Source: Perkinsela sp. CCAP 1560/9 (lineage: Eukaryota > Protista > Euglenozoa: Kinetoplastea). Taken from it: DNA of 64,000 bases. The notes beneath the pieces were generated by a model. The model saw nothing but the letters and a program-made list of their open reading frames with translations, did not search any database and had not been told where the DNA came from. Both the position numbers and the translations under genes were made by a program. Below, piece after piece: positions 9,377-21,450 of the stretch; the stretch's first letter is position 1, and every line of letters begins with the position of its first letter. The DNA lies in the NCBI GenBank assembly GCA_965644495.1, contig CBFFSA010000010.1, forward strand, positions 558,001-622,000, written 5' to 3'.

Positions 9377-12163
9377 CTATAACTTTTTTTTCTCGACATG
9401 AAGCAAAGGGGCAAGCATTGAGAATTGAACGCCAGGCGAACTGCCAACGCCATCCATAGAGTACTCCCCACTGTTCGCGTCTTTGACAGAGGTACATTGA
9501 CGGAGCGAGTCAAGCGTCGTCGGTTTCCAGCCCCTTTCCATTTTCATATCACTGTCAGTACCTATTTGAGTAGAAATAAAATTCTCCGCGTTCCTCCCTT
9601 CTTTTTTTGTTTTCCCAACATCGGTCATTAAGATTACAGAGCTTTCTTGTTTCGTTTTTAATATCCCAGAATGTGACGGTTCATGAAAATCCCATTTACA
9701 TGTAGCGTTAGACTCATGTGGCTGCACCCATTCATTTGTTGTCTCTTTTTGACCACCTGAATCAAAGAAGTCAGAATTTAATGGAGAACTTGTCTGGACT
9801 TCATTCTCCGTCGTCCTTTTGAGAGGCTCAAAATCCTTTTTTATGACTTCCATAAAATTACATTCGGCTGGAAACATCACTTCACCGACAATATCGTCCA
9901 AGTCCTTTTCAATTTCCGCAGAGAACGAATCTGAATCCGCACCAGATTCTTCTCTCTCCTCTATTTCCGTTTCTTTTTCCGAATTTTCAGATTTCGTTCC
10001 CAATTTTTCTTTCTCAAATTCTTCTTCTCCCTTGTCTTCTTCCTCGAAGACGCGACTAAATGATCGAACGAGCTGTGTCAGCTGGAATTCACTCCGTGTG
10101 TTATGGACTCCATCGCTTAACATTTCAGAGGCTTTAGGACTTGCCAATGCATTGCTGAGCCAATCCTGAGAAAGGGCTTCGGTTGTTTGTGAAATCTCAG
10201 GCGTTTCCAACAATGTTGGAGATGAAATTGCTTCAGGTATTTTCTGTGCAAATGTTGATTTTGATCTCGACTTGGAAATATTCGTAACCACAGATTTTTT
10301 CTTTTGAACGATTTTCACCTCTTCTCGTGACGACGCGCTTATTTGTTTCCTGACTTCATAGGGCTCGTCTTGCATTTTACTGATGCGGAGTTCCTTTTGA
10401 CGCACACTCATTTCATTTTCATCCCACCTTTTCCGATAATGTAATCCCAATTCTTCGCGATAGCACCATAGGAATCGCCAGTACATTTGAAACACATGAT
10501 CGACTTCCTTTAGACCTTGAAAATGGGGCGATTTCAGCGAATAGACACGCAAACGATCTTCCATGCCTTGAATCGATTTGTTTTTGCATCCAATTTCATT
10601 CGCATCCAGCGCAAAGCCAAGCTCGAACGGAAGATAAAACAACCGAGGTAATTCGTGAAGCAGAATGTCCTTCCGTGTTTGTTGCGCACAAAAGGTTTTA
10701 AACGAGGTAAAGGAACTTCGGGTTAACGTACTCTGAGCCTCTTTAAAGGTAAAACCCGTCACAGGCTTTCCACTACAAATACGGGAATGCCATAAATCAT
10801 ATCTTTTTTCACAGCAAACGTTAAAATGGTGTTGGGCTAAGGTACGAAATGTTGGGGTAAAGATACCAGAGGTGCGCTTTGTCTTCGTTTCTCCGATAAG
10901 AAGTGGAGCCAAAAGCAGAAACGCTTGAAATAAGGATCGGCAGAGGTTGGGGGTGGTCGATATATTTTTTATGTGACTCGGGCTGGTAGGGTCGCCATCT
11001 AAACTTTTTTGAGTATCTTTGGGAAAAAGGCAAAGGGCGTTACTTAGGGCGTCTAGAATCCCGCGTAAAAAGATTGATAAAAGTTTATCCATCGTAAAAT
11101 CTTTTGTGTTTTTTGAAGGGGTGGATTGAACTTCGGATTTCTCACTACGAAGACTCTGAATACACAGAAGACAAGCCGCGAGACTCGGGGAAATTGTGAA
11201 GGGCTGATCTTCTGCCTGGGAATCAAATGACTCATCCATGGTACGCTTCCAAAGTGTTGTCGCTCGATCCATGAGTACCTGGTCTACTTCTTCTTTTACA
11301 CAGATCGTAGCAAAAAGATGGCAAATACTTGATTCCATTTTCTTTATTTTTTGTTCCTCGGTCACAACTTTATCGTTCTCGCTGCCTTCGTCTCTAACGG
11401 ACCAGCCTGTCGCTTTTCGAATAGCATTCATATTTCGCTGCGCATTTTCAGATCCAAAAAGAATAAAAGGCCTAGCCGCCGACATGGAGAGAAGAGAGTA
11501 AAGTAACGCGTCCACATAGCGTTTCTTTTGAAGATAGCACACCGAGAGTTGATTGTACGCATGGCCCCAGGTGGGATTCAAATGGGTTGCACTTTGATAA
11601 TATTCAATCGCATGTGACATTGTTTTGTGATCAAAGGCATAGCTCGCATGATCGTTAACTTGATATTTTTTATCCTCTTTGCGAGATTCAGTATTTACTT
11701 CCGTTCGTTCGGTGGCATTCAAATCAGTTAATTGTTTCGGAAGCTGAGCTTCATATCGCCATAAGTCTCCCAAATTCATTACGCATTGATAACGAAGATC
11801 GCGTGAAACGCTACCCAATTCTGGGACTTCCGACCTTGCGAATTCAGAAAGCGCTACCTCAATGTCAACAAAAAAACAACGGGCATTTCCAAGTGCTTGT
11901 GCGTATACTATCGAGGGTACATTTTTTTGCATCTCCTTCAAAAGTTCGTACATCAATTTCCAGATCAAGGCGAGCCTTTTCTTCTTTAAAAGAGTGGCTG
12001 CAAATGTCTCGCATTCGGTACTTTTCAAGCCGTTTTGGACTTCTTTCGCCATAGAGGCAAGAAGGGAAGAATTGTACTCTTTTGTCATGTCTTTCTTGTT
12101 CAGACTTCCGCGGACGATATCCATCGGCTTCACCACATCAACCGCATCATCTGAGTCCTTCAT
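9377..12163 (-). CDS. SMG7: SMG7/EST1-family protein (14-3-3-like TPR domain, no PIN domain seen)
   Basis: LGDLWRY...AIEYYQSATHLNPTWGHAYNQLSV...LLYSLLSMSAARPF...AQRNM matches the EST1/SMG5-7 signature; acidic low-complexity C terminus. Confidence 0.8.
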   Translation of the reverse strand: MKDSDDAVDVVKPMDIVRGSLNKKDMTKEYNSSLLASMAKEVQNGLKSTECETFAATLLKKKRLALIWKLMYELLKEMQKNVPSIVYAQALGNARCFFVDIEVALSEFARSEVPELGSVSRDLRYQCVMNLGDLWRYEAQLPKQLTDLNATERTEVNTESRKEDKKYQVNDHASYAFDHKTMSHAIEYYQSATHLNPTWGHAYNQLSVCYLQKKRYVDALLYSLLSMSAARPFILFGSENAQRNMNAIRKATGWSVRDEGSENDKVVTEEQKIKKMESSICHLFATICVKEEVDQVLMDRATTLWKRTMDESFDSQAEDQPFTISPSLAACLLCIQSLRSEKSEVQSTPSKNTKDFTMDKLLSIFLRGILDALSNALCLFPKDTQKSLDGDPTSPSHIKNISTTPNLCRSLFQAFLLLAPLLIGETKTKRTSGIFTPTFRTLAQHHFNVCCEKRYDLWHSRICSGKPVTGFTFKEAQSTLTRSSFTSFKTFCAQQTRKDILLHELPRLFYLPFELGFALDANEIGCKNKSIQGMEDRLRVYSLKSPHFQGLKEVDHVFQMYWRFLWCYREELGLHYRKRWDENEMSVRQKELRISKMQDEPYEVRKQISASSREEVKIVQKKKSVVTNISKSRSKSTFAQKIPEAISSPTLLETPEISQTTEALSQDWLSNALASPKASEMLSDGVHNTRSEFQLTQLVRSFSRVFEEEDKGEEEFEKEKLGTKSENSEKETEIEEREESGADSDSFSAEIEKDLDDIVGEVMFPAECNFMEVIKKDFEPLKRTTENEVQTSSPLNSDFFDSGGQKETTNEWVQPHESNATCKWDFHEPSHSGILKTKQESSVILMTDVGKTKKEGRNAENFISTQIGTDSDMKMERGWKPTTLDSLRQCTSVKDANSGEYSMDGVGSSPGVQFSMLAPLLHVEKKKL

Positions 12164-12721
12164 TTTCTAATCGTTGAACGCGAGGACCAGAACAGCTTTT
12201 CCGGCACCAAATTGCGAAGCGAGTCGGATCTAAATGATGCGGTTCATAGATCCGAATAAATGCCAACGCTTCCTGAAAGTCAGATTACTTGTCGTGTTCG
12301 AAAGAACTGTACATGCGCCGAATTTCCTCCCATGATGGATTAAGAATGAGTTTCCGATTTATAAAATGAACATAAAATGCTGAATTTTACATGTAATTTT
12401 ATTTCCGTGTGATCGCTAAAATATGAGGAAAGAGACAGCCTCTGATTGAATATCCGTAACATGAAATGAGGACATGAAATGAATCAACACGTTCTAAGGC
12501 TCACAGAGGCAATTACTGAGGCAAGTAAAACGGCAAGAAAATACATGTTTTTTCCTAATGCTACTCAAGACACACTGAAAAAATTAGAGTCACACAAGGG
12601 GCTGGAAAAATGCTGCCCATAAGTGTTTTGTGCACGAATTCTATCTATTTGTATTCTATTTGTCAAACTGTTTCCAAAAATCTTTTGCACGAAAACGTCG
12701 AGTTCCTTTCCAGTTTTAGTC

Positions 12722-13692
12722 TTAAAGCAAGAAAATTAAGTTGGACGTACGTATCGCTTCCACAACTAAATTATTCTTACCCAAGTTTAGATAAGTTAAG
12801 TTCCGTGGCAAGTTAAGTTCCACGCTTCCTTTCAATTGGTTGGAAGATAAATCCAGCTCCCTCAGCGACATTGCGATTTGTGAAACCGAGTCCTTAAATG
12901 GGGCACTCTGAGAAGAATTCAGTTTCCTTTTCTTGTTTGAATCCTGAAAATGTTCTCTCAGTAGAGTAGTATCAACTGAAATCCACGGATTTTCATGCAA
13001 GCCTTTATTCTTAAGCCTTTATTATTCTTAAGACGCAATATTTCCAAATGATTTGGCACGTCGCTTATATGAAGCTTACCCGTAATTTCGTTAGAACTTA
13101 AATCTAGGATTCGAAGTGACGGAGGGAGTGCGGCAAACGTAGCTTGAAGGTTTCCGCTGATAAGATTGTGAGACAAATCTAACACACGGAGGCCAGTGGA
13201 TAAGAAAGGCAAAGCTTTATCCGTCACATTCAACTGATATCATTATGACAAAGAATGAGTTCTTGTAGTTCTCTCATATATACACAGGCAAGTTCCCCAG
13301 TCATCGAATGAAATTTCCACTTTTCGTAAAGTTTCGGGAAAGACACTCCAATCAAAAGAAATTTCATGCTTGACGGTCGGAAATGAACGCGGCACCTTTT
13401 CAAAATTCCAATTAACTTCACGCAGCGCACACCCTTCCCAATGCAAAGTTTTGCTAAACAATTCATCAAATTCATGCGGGCGCTTTTCGATCGCGCTAGC
13501 ATCTAAAAATTCTCCAAAATACGCATTTAGACCTTGTTTCTGATCTGTTTCAACCTCGAAATCTCGGCAATTTATTCCGCATCGCTTGGAAGAAATTGCA
13601 CTAAGAAAAAGTAGCGCCGAAAAAAGACATATCAGTAATATGGTATCCCTGAGACCACGAATTTGTCGAAGAGGAAAAAGAGCGAGCATCAT
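12722..13692 (-). pseudogene. LRR protein with N-terminal hydrophobic segment, three frameshifts
   Basis: LRR units (LRVLDLSHN, LRILDLSSN, LRELDLSSN) split over four overlapping frames; no intron at the junctions. Confidence 0.75.
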
Positions 13693-13800
13693 ATTCTGAT
13701 GAAGAACAAGTAAGAAAAAATATCAGCACTGCAATAACAGATAGTTGGATCACACAAAAGTACATTGAATCACAAGCAATACATTGTATCTCCCAGTAAG

Positions 13801-14692
13801 ATTTTCTTTTTTAGGCTCTTCGTTAAACGCGGTGGTTGTTTTCAACTTAGAAGTCACTTATGCTGCGCGCTTCGCGTTGAAAACTACCGCCGCGTTTAAC
13901 GAAGAGCCCAAAAAAGAAAATTTAGCCTAGAAAACGGAAAGATTATAGCCAAAAATAGCCGAATTTCGGGTACAAATGTGGTGATTTTCGCGTATTTTTG
14001 CTCTCAGAGCACTAAATCCGACATCTGCGCGTGGGAAATCACTCGTAGGCATGAATGGAAGCCTACCGAACGTATTGGGTAGAGAATGTGACTCCAACCA
14101 TACCATTCTTTCGACACAAAAATGCCCCTTTAGATCCGAAAAATACTTTCTCACCTTTTTTAGTCAAAAATGGGTCATTTTGAGGGGCGCACCACGGTTC
14201 GAAGAAGGGATAGCTTGCGAAAACAACTGCGGAGAGAGCTAGTATAGGTCCCAAACTATCAAAATACAATAGGGGAAACGATTTTGGAAAAATACTTTTT
14301 TTGCTATTTTTTTCGCCAAGTTGAAATTTTTTTCAAAAAAAAAATTCCGAAGAAATTCGAACTCGGCGGACCCGTCCTGCGGATACGCAGGGGGGTCACC
14401 CCCGGGTAGGGGGGTGGAAAATGCGCGCCAAGACCCCGGCTACCCTTTCTGCGGTTTTTTTTCGAAAACTAATTTTTTCGAAAAAATTTGCTCGACCATG
14501 ACCCCCCCCCCCTGGACCCCCCCCTGGACCCCCCATTTTTTTCAATTTTTTTTTCAGTTTTGGACCACCGGAGCCCCCTTTTATATTTTTTTCTTCTATT
14601 ATATTACTGTGTTCCTCTTTATATTTTCACTGTTTTTGTTCACTTTTTTTCAATAATCGAGGGTAGAGCGGTACTTTTACAACCAACGCAAT
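13801..14692 (+). mobile_element. DINE-1/HINE-like element, family E
   Basis: 5' ~120-bp palindrome containing GCGGTGGTTGT; 3' hairpin ending ACAACCA(A/C)CGC (subTIR); copies at 22495-23180 and fragments at 340-480, 18795-18835, 37398-37450, 39622-39780. Confidence 0.65.
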
Positions 14693-15465
14693 AATACAAT
14701 TTAAGATCATACATTTAGTCAAGTGGCCAGTAGTTCGGACTGAGGGAGTATTCAAAATACATTTCTATTTAATCCATATATTCTCGGAGTGTCTTATCTC
14801 GTATGCAGTTATCAGTAAGACAAAGGATCAAGAAAAGGTAAAAATCTAGACTTCAAAAAATGAATAGGCAAGGTCGTGGTCTAACGTATTTGAACTTCAA
14901 GCCAGTAGTTTTAAAAATGTAGAAATCTTTGTACTGAAGCTTCAGATATCACATTGTTTCACGTGCAACAACCTACGTAGACTACTGCTGCGTTTAATAA
15001 ATAATTTAACCATCTTGATCAAAATCGTGACATGTAAATTGTGTAGAACGGAGTAACCAGAGTGCTCTTGAAATTAATCGCGAAGAGCCTAATAATAATA
15101 TAATATAGTACGTGGAAAGGCGAAGAATACCGTAGATACATGGCGAGAAAATATGCGCCAACTATTCTCCATATTCATACACTATTCTCCATATTCATGA
15201 CACCCAGAGCAACTCTCTTGGTACATATTCGCCCTTGGTTCTCATCAGCTAAAGGAAGTCTTCATGAAACTAAATTCAAAGCTAAACAGGTGGCTAGAAA
15301 ACAATAGTGGAAATGCGCATGATCTTCAGGCCACGTTGTAAATCTACAGGTATGCCATAATCGCTCGACTGCGTTCCAGCTTACTATGCACCATCGCCTC
15401 TGTTAGAACCTTCTTACGGCGCACATTCAAAGATGGATAAAAAAGCACGGTGGGCCTTCTACGTA

Positions 15466-15642
15466 CTGCCCCCCCCCTTAAGCGCACCCGGTCAGACCCC
15501 CCCGTTTAAGCGCACATAAAGTTGAGGTGGAGTCACCGGCGCCGCGAAGCGGCGCCAAATTTTTTTTTATGTACTAATTCAGACCCCCCGTTTAAGCGCA
15601 CTTTTCACGGAAAACGAGGTGCGCTTAAACGGGGGGCGACAG
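15466..15642. mobile_element. pogo-type MITE
   Basis: TA|CTGCCCCCCCCCTTAAGCGCACC ... GGTGCGCTTAAACGGGGGGCGACAG|TA. Confidence 0.75.
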
Positions 15643-15679
15643 TATATTATATGCATATTAAGGGCCTTATACTGTATGC

Positions 15680-16470
15680 ACAGGGGCGGTTGTTGATCTT
15701 GCCCCCTCCTGGGAAATTTTAATTTTTATCCGTTTTCGCTTAACTTTGCAGCATTGAAGAGATCTCGTTCCCCTAGCGAAGCGCTTTGTCGCCCTTTTTT
15801 CATAGACCCCCTGATGCCCCCTGGGTCGAAAAATCACAGTTTTTTTGGGGAATTTTTTGTGCACACAACCATTTTTCTCCATACTTTCATGTTTTTGTGG
15901 TTTATTTGAATGTGTGTAAGCTTAAATAGTCTTCTAATTTCTTTATGCTCAAGCAATATTTCTGTAGAAACATCAATAGCTGCTTAATAGAATTTTTCTA
16001 ACCTCAACAACACGAATAGAAGACCGACTAACCCTACAAGTGGTGAATATGTAGAAGGGTGGAAAGCTAATAGGCAAAAATACCCCCTAATATCGCACAG
16101 AAACAGAAAGTGTTAAACTCCATTGATTCGGTTCCCAATAGGCTTCGAAACGTACTGCAAAACAATGGAGGACCTTCTGGATATTGATTCGTTGTGGTTT
16201 TCTTCTAGGACAAACATTTTTTTTTGTTGAAGTCATTTTTTCTGAATCTGATTAAAAATCCAAAATTTCCTATTTTTGTCAACTTTCGAGTCGCACAGAG
16301 GGGGTCTCTGTGAACAAAAGGCGGCAAAGCGCTTCGCTAGGGGAACGAGATCTCTTCACACTTTCGAGTCGCACAGACGGGGTCTCTGTGAACGAAAGGC
16401 GGCAAAGCGCTTCGCTAGGGGAACGAGATCTCTTCAATGCTGCAAAGATAAGCAAAAATCAGACGGACGC
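15680..16470 (+). mobile_element. Internally deleted Tc1-like element
   Basis: Long inverted repeats (GCAGCATTGAAGAGATCTCGTTCCCCTAGCGAAGCGCTTTG); residual C terminus PNRLRNVLQNNGGPSGY*; related end at 55700-55830. Confidence 0.6.
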
Positions 16471-16709
16471 ATAACTCAAAATCATAGACCAGATTTGCAT
16501 TTTCAGGACTCAGAAACTTTCAAGACGTTTTCTCTCTCTGTGCGCCTTTTATCTTTTTCTATCATCCTTTCTCTATCATCTATCATCATTTTTTACTGTA
16601 AATTTTGGGAAAACATTTACTTTGCTAAAATTAAGGAATCTCCTTAATTTTCATTTCCACGGTACTCTACAATAGGTGGACATATTGCTACCGCAGTCAA
16701 TGTGTCCTC

Positions 16710-17312
16710 TTACTTTTGAACCCAGGAAGAAGGATAACCCCACCAACACCCCTTTGGAACAATCCCCCTCGGAATCGATCCCTCAAGATTCGGATTACCC
16801 GTTATGTCAAATCCAGTAATACCGGTTTGTTGCAGGCATGAAAGATCAACGAAACCAGAAAATTGATTTTGTGAGACATTTAAAATACGCATGCGAGGAG
16901 GTAGGTCTCCAAGACGCAACTCACCAATGAATCTATTATTCTGAAGCAACATTCGTTCGACATCTTGATGAAGTGACGCAAAACACACACACCCACTTAA
17001 CTGGTTAGCGCTCAATTCCAAGTTGGTCACGGAACGTGGAATGCAATCCCAATGTAACGTGCCACACATTGTTCGACCATTCCAAACAATGCTGTTAACT
17101 TCGCCTACATCGTTACACTTCACTCCATCCCACTCACATGCAGGTGTGGCAGTACTCCACGACTCATGTGGATTTTCAACATCACTGATAAACTTTGCGA
17201 GTTCATATTCCACAGGGAGAAATGTTCCTCTCACCTTACTCGCACGTGAAGTGGGAGACTTGGAAATGCCCGTATCTTTACAAGTGCAGTGTGGAAGAAA
17301 TCTGGAAATCAT
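16710..17312 (-). CDS. Class I LRR protein (LRRNT cap + short LRR array)
   Basis: SRASKVRGTFLPVEYEL...TPACEWDGVKC; LxxLxLxxNxLxG repeats; upstream TCTCTTTGTTTTTTCAG acceptor-like tract; probable ATG at 17312. Confidence 0.88.
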   Translation of the reverse strand: MISRFLPHCTCKDTGISKSPTSRASKVRGTFLPVEYELAKFISDVENPHESWSTATPACEWDGVKCNDVGEVNSIVWNGRTMCGTLHWDCIPRSVTNLELSANQLSGCVCFASLHQDVERMLLQNNRFIGELRLGDLPPRMRILNVSQNQFSGFVDLSCLQQTGITGFDITGNPNLEGSIPRGIVPKGCWWGYPSSWVQK

Positions 17313-17484
17313 GTGAATGGATGAGTGGACATCAATCTGAAAAAACAAAGAGATCTAGATTCGAAGATACGCATGTGTCGAAGAGAAAATAGACCGGTGA
17401 ACTGTATGAATTAACAACTTAACACCATGTGCAGTAAAATTCGTGGAGATTTGCGTGACACAATATAAACATATAATTATAATA

Positions 17485-17685
17485 AATATATAAACCCTGT
17501 TCCGGGTTATTATGCCTAGAGCTACTTATTGTGCAGGGGGGGCACAATAAGTGAAAACGACCACTATTATTGTGCCCCCCCCCCTCCTCCAAAATATGGC
17601 GCCGCGATTTCATATATTTAGTTATTGTGCCTAGAGCCAGTTATTGTGCAGGGTGGGCACATTAACCAGGAGCAGGGTTTATATA
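17485..17685. mobile_element. MITE
   Basis: TATATAAACCCTGTTCCGGGTTA / TAACCAGGAGCAGGGTTTATATA inverted ends with internal TTATTGTGC repeats. Confidence 0.65.
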
Positions 17686-17999
17686 TATTTATTTGTATTA
17701 TTATTTATTTATATTATAAATATATAATTATATATTTATAATCAGGGGTTGAGGAACTAAAAGGAGAACTAAAAGGAGTAAATGCTTTAAAAAGCCTAAG
17801 GGAATCAAGATTTTTGTTGAAAACAATGGGGGTCATTCTGGATACATGTATCTTAGACATTGTGTTGTTACTTTTGAAGTTGCGGTTGTCCGTTTTAACT
17901 TCTTAGGAAAATGAGAGTCTCTATACCCGCGGGAAATCCATGGTTGGACGACACGTAACTCCACTTTTAATTAATTATTTTCAAACGCTATTTTAATTA

Positions 18000-18667
18000 C
18001 TGTCCCCCTCCTACATGTATTTAGTGTTGAGTGAAATTCGGCAAAATTAAACACTAAATAGGGGGGGGTAAGAAATCTCCTCCCCCCCAAAAAAAGCGTA
18101 TTTTTTTTCCAAACCTTTTTTGTTTTATCACAAGACCGTGTGTCTCCGAAGAGATATGTCCCCCTAGTTTCAGTCTAGGTCCGCTGTGCTCGAAGGGTCT
18201 GTGCCAACACAGGAGCAATCTCAACCATAGAGGGCACACACCTGACTTATCCTCCTATGAAAGGAAGCCAATAAATAACAGTATGCCATGATTGTAGTAT
18301 TTTTTCACTCGGTTGGGGATACAGCTTTATGAACGCTGTGGGGGATTTTGTATAAAGGCCTGTGGGGGGACAGCTTGTAAAGGGGGAAAGTATAAAGGAG
18401 AAACAAAATAAGAATGAATACGACCCCGCCCACCAAAAATGAGACCAACGTTTATAGTCTTGCTTTTTGATGATTGCAAGTATCATCCTGTATGATTAAA
18501 GTAAATCAGTAGAAATCGGTAAACAATCACAAATAACAAGCAAAGATAAGAAAAAAACGTTTTTGTAAATAAAAAAAGCGCCGCGAAGCGGCGCTTATGC
18601 GCACCGAACCCAAAATTCAACACTAAATAGGGGGGGTTGAGCACTCAATAGTAAATAGGGGGTACAG
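18000..18667. mobile_element. pogo-type MITE
   Basis: TA|CTGTCCCCCT ... AGGGGGTACAG; subterminal AACACTAAATAGGGGGGG repeats. Confidence 0.6.
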
Positions 18668-18669
18668 TG

Positions 18670-19256
18670 CCGTCAAAATACTTATTAAGGTAATTAAAAT
18701 TAAGATACCAGAAATTAAGGTGCCAGAAATTAAGGTAATAATTATGTGCCACTCATTTTTCCGAAAATCTGCTGCAATAATTAATTTCTATTCTAGTCGC
18801 TTCGTGAAAGGCGGTGATTATTTTCAACTTAGAATCTATCAGCGTGTATTCAAAAATCGTACAAGGTAGGCATGTTTAAAACGCAAGCTAACCAGGGCAA
18901 TGTGAATGCTATTACCAGCTTACACGTATTTGGGCTAAACCAGGCTGAACATTGCTAACTTAAATACACAGGTGCGCGAGTTTAAAAGTGTGTTATCTAA
19001 TGTTCTAATTCCGAATGATGATTCTACGTATGGACTATATTCTGCATGGACTAATATTCTAACTCACCTGATTACAGGTGTTATAGGTACTTTCAACTGA
19101 ATTTTCTTCAAGTTTCGAAAGATATCGACATCGGAAATATGAGTTCCGAACAATAATTAAGGTACCAATAATTAAGGTACCAGAAATTAAGGTAATAATT
19201 ATGTGCCAAAAAAAAGTTACCTTAATTTATGTTATTCTTAATTAATGTTTTCACGG
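18670..19256. mobile_element. MITE with AATTAAGGT subterminal repeats
   Basis: CCGTCAAAATACTTATTAA / TTAATTAATGTTTTCACGG ends. Confidence 0.55.
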
Positions 19257-19333
19257 TAATTCGTTTCAAAACGTTTTGCAAATTTTGACCCACCCCCCTA
19301 CTTTGATGTCCACCTCTGTAGGTCCATATAAAT

Positions 19334-19936
19334 TTAGTTCTGAATCCAGGACACAGGAAATCTCCAGTAATACACATCAGGCAGCATGCGCTTTGGAATT
19401 GATCCCTCAAGATTCGGATTACCCGTTATCTGCAATGCCAAAATTTTCATTTCTTCTAGGCATGAAAGATCAACAAAACCAGTAAACTGGTTTTTCGAGA
19501 CATTCAGAAGATACATGCGAGGAGGTAGATCTTCAAAGTGTAGCTCACCTGTGAACATATTCTCGTGAAGGAACAATCTACCCATGTCTCGAGAAAGGGA
19601 TGCAAAACACACACTCCCACTTAACTGGTTAGAGCTGAGCTCTACATTAGTCACAGAACGTGGAATGCAACCCCAATGTATTGTACCAACCAGCTTTCGA
19701 CCATACCAAGCAATGATAATAACTTCCCCTTCGTCGTTACACTTCACTCCATCCCACTCACATGCAGGTGTGGCAGTACTCCATGACTCATGTGGATTTT
19801 GTACGTCACTGAGAAACTTTTCAAGCTCATATTCCGGAGGGAGATGCGTTCCTCTCACCTTGCTCGCACGTGAAGTTAAGTTAATGAACTTGGGAATATG
19901 CGTGTCTTTACAGTGTGGAAGAAATCTGGAAATCAT
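19334..19936 (-). CDS. Class I LRR protein, close paralog of 16710-17312
   Basis: MISRFLPHC...SRASKVRGTHLPPEYEL...TPACEWDGVKC. Confidence 0.88.
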   Translation of the reverse strand: MISRFLPHCKDTHIPKFINLTSRASKVRGTHLPPEYELEKFLSDVQNPHESWSTATPACEWDGVKCNDEGEVIIIAWYGRKLVGTIHWGCIPRSVTNVELSSNQLSGSVCFASLSRDMGRLFLHENMFTGELHFEDLPPRMYLLNVSKNQFTGFVDLSCLEEMKILALQITGNPNLEGSIPKRMLPDVYYWRFPVSWIQN

Positions 19937-20283
19937 GTGAAAACAACGCATGAATGTCACTACAATATATTGACGGGTACTGTTACCAACAAGCAGCGTA
20001 CGATGTATTACACAAATTGGAAATAGTACTACTGTATACTATCCCAGTAATAGAAAGGGTTTTGGACTAAAATGGACAAATCTCTGTTACGGGGGGCTAT
20101 GCTTTTTTGGGGGAGTAATTTCAGGACACTGGTCCGGACATGGAATTTTGTCCGCACCATGGTACTGTTTTTTCGAAAACATTTTTTTATCTTTCTCACT
20201 CAGTCGTATTCCTGATTAATTATTTTGTATTTTTGGGGGGAATACCCCCCCTAGGCCCACCGAAAGCCTCCCCCCGCCCTAAC

Positions 20284-21450
20284 CTACCCCCTCACCCCGC
20301 GGCGGTACCAGTCCTGTACGATCTTGGCGTTCCTTCTCTGGATGGGCACCCCGATAGCCACCAGGGCGGAGGTGGCGGAGTGGCAAGAATTCAAAGTTTG
20401 AAGCACATGGTGCTCAGACGGCGAGTTCAAACCCGCTCATCGCATTATTACCGGCGGCCTCACTCTAAGAGGCTGGGCTGAGAACCGACTAGGCCCAGTA
20501 CTCGGAGGACCGTCCCCTCAGGGAACCAGCTCCCTTACCCGGCTTGCACCGCTTGGGTGGGCCGTGTTGACGTACAATTCGTCGACGCAGCGTGTTGGTA
20601 ACAGCATGTTGTTGCCGCCTTGGACAAGCGGAAACTGGTAGAGGGCGTCGGCCTCGGAACTTCCAAATCTGTCTATGAAGGGTCTGGCTTGCCAGTGATC
20701 CGGAGCAATCCGGAATGATTTGGATTATTTTTTTTTGGATAGCCACCAAGAGATGGGCGATACACCCATTTTTGTCCGAAAAGTGGGCCCGGGCCACCTT
20801 GTTGAGGAAGTTCAAGGTTTCTGGGCCCGGGATCCCGTACGTGGAGAAGGCCAGGGGGTGAAATTCCATGCCCCTGACAAGCGCCATCTCCTCATGAGAG
20901 CGCCTTTTGTTGGCCTCGGCCATCCTCAGCGTGTAGGATGGCTCCGCGGCCTCCTTCTCCACGTACGACGGGGCCAGTGGGTTCACAACTGTGACGTCAA
21001 CTAGGACGATCTTCCGTCCCAGCTGGAAACAGATGTCTGGCCCCCGTCCGTTGTCGAACCTCGGCTTGTGGAGGTCCGGGTTGAACCCATAGTCCCGGGT
21101 CCACTATGATAGTGGACCAGGAGGTTCCGGAACGCTTCTTTGACCTCCTTGTGGCGGGAGGCCTGTATTTTCCCCTTAACCTTCTTGCAATCCAGTGCGT
21201 GTACGCAAAACTCCTCATTGCTGAGGGTCGCACCGCACACGCACTGGAGCTCAGGTTCCGTGGTAGGGGCGACCAGGTACCGGAGACGGGCCGCAGTCTT
21301 CCACTGCGGGTCCCTCATGTAGTACTCCGTCCTGTTCGGTAGGACACTCATCCACCTGGTGGAGTGCACATTCTGGATCTGCCTCATGCGGCCCAATTGG
21401 GCTGCCGTCGGGGCGTTACCCAAAGTTGCCGCACAAAGGTTGCGTCGCAG
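20284..21450 (-). mobile_element. CRE/SLACS-clade non-LTR retrotransposon 3' fragment (CCHC finger + restriction-like endonuclease), interrupted by SINE A
   Basis: CVCG...HALDC...RH; GPDICF...VDVTVVNP; AEANK; FHPLAFSTYG; after SINE removal LLVAIGVPIQRG(N)AKIV. Confidence 0.85.
20364..20737 (+). mobile_element. SINE family A copy
   Basis: 11-bp TSD GATAGCCACCA (20353-20363 / 20738-20748). Confidence 0.88.

Noticed and set aside
12722-13692. Introns or programmed frameshifting in the fragmented LRR gene
   Set aside because: Frames overlap directly with no GT-AG gap and no shared slippery motif; a pseudogene or sequencing error is simpler.
19983-19993. SL relic CTTGTTGGTAA upstream of an LRR gene (retroposed mRNA)
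   Set aside because: Only 11 nt match, the CAGTTTCTGT core is missing, and other LRR genes lack it.
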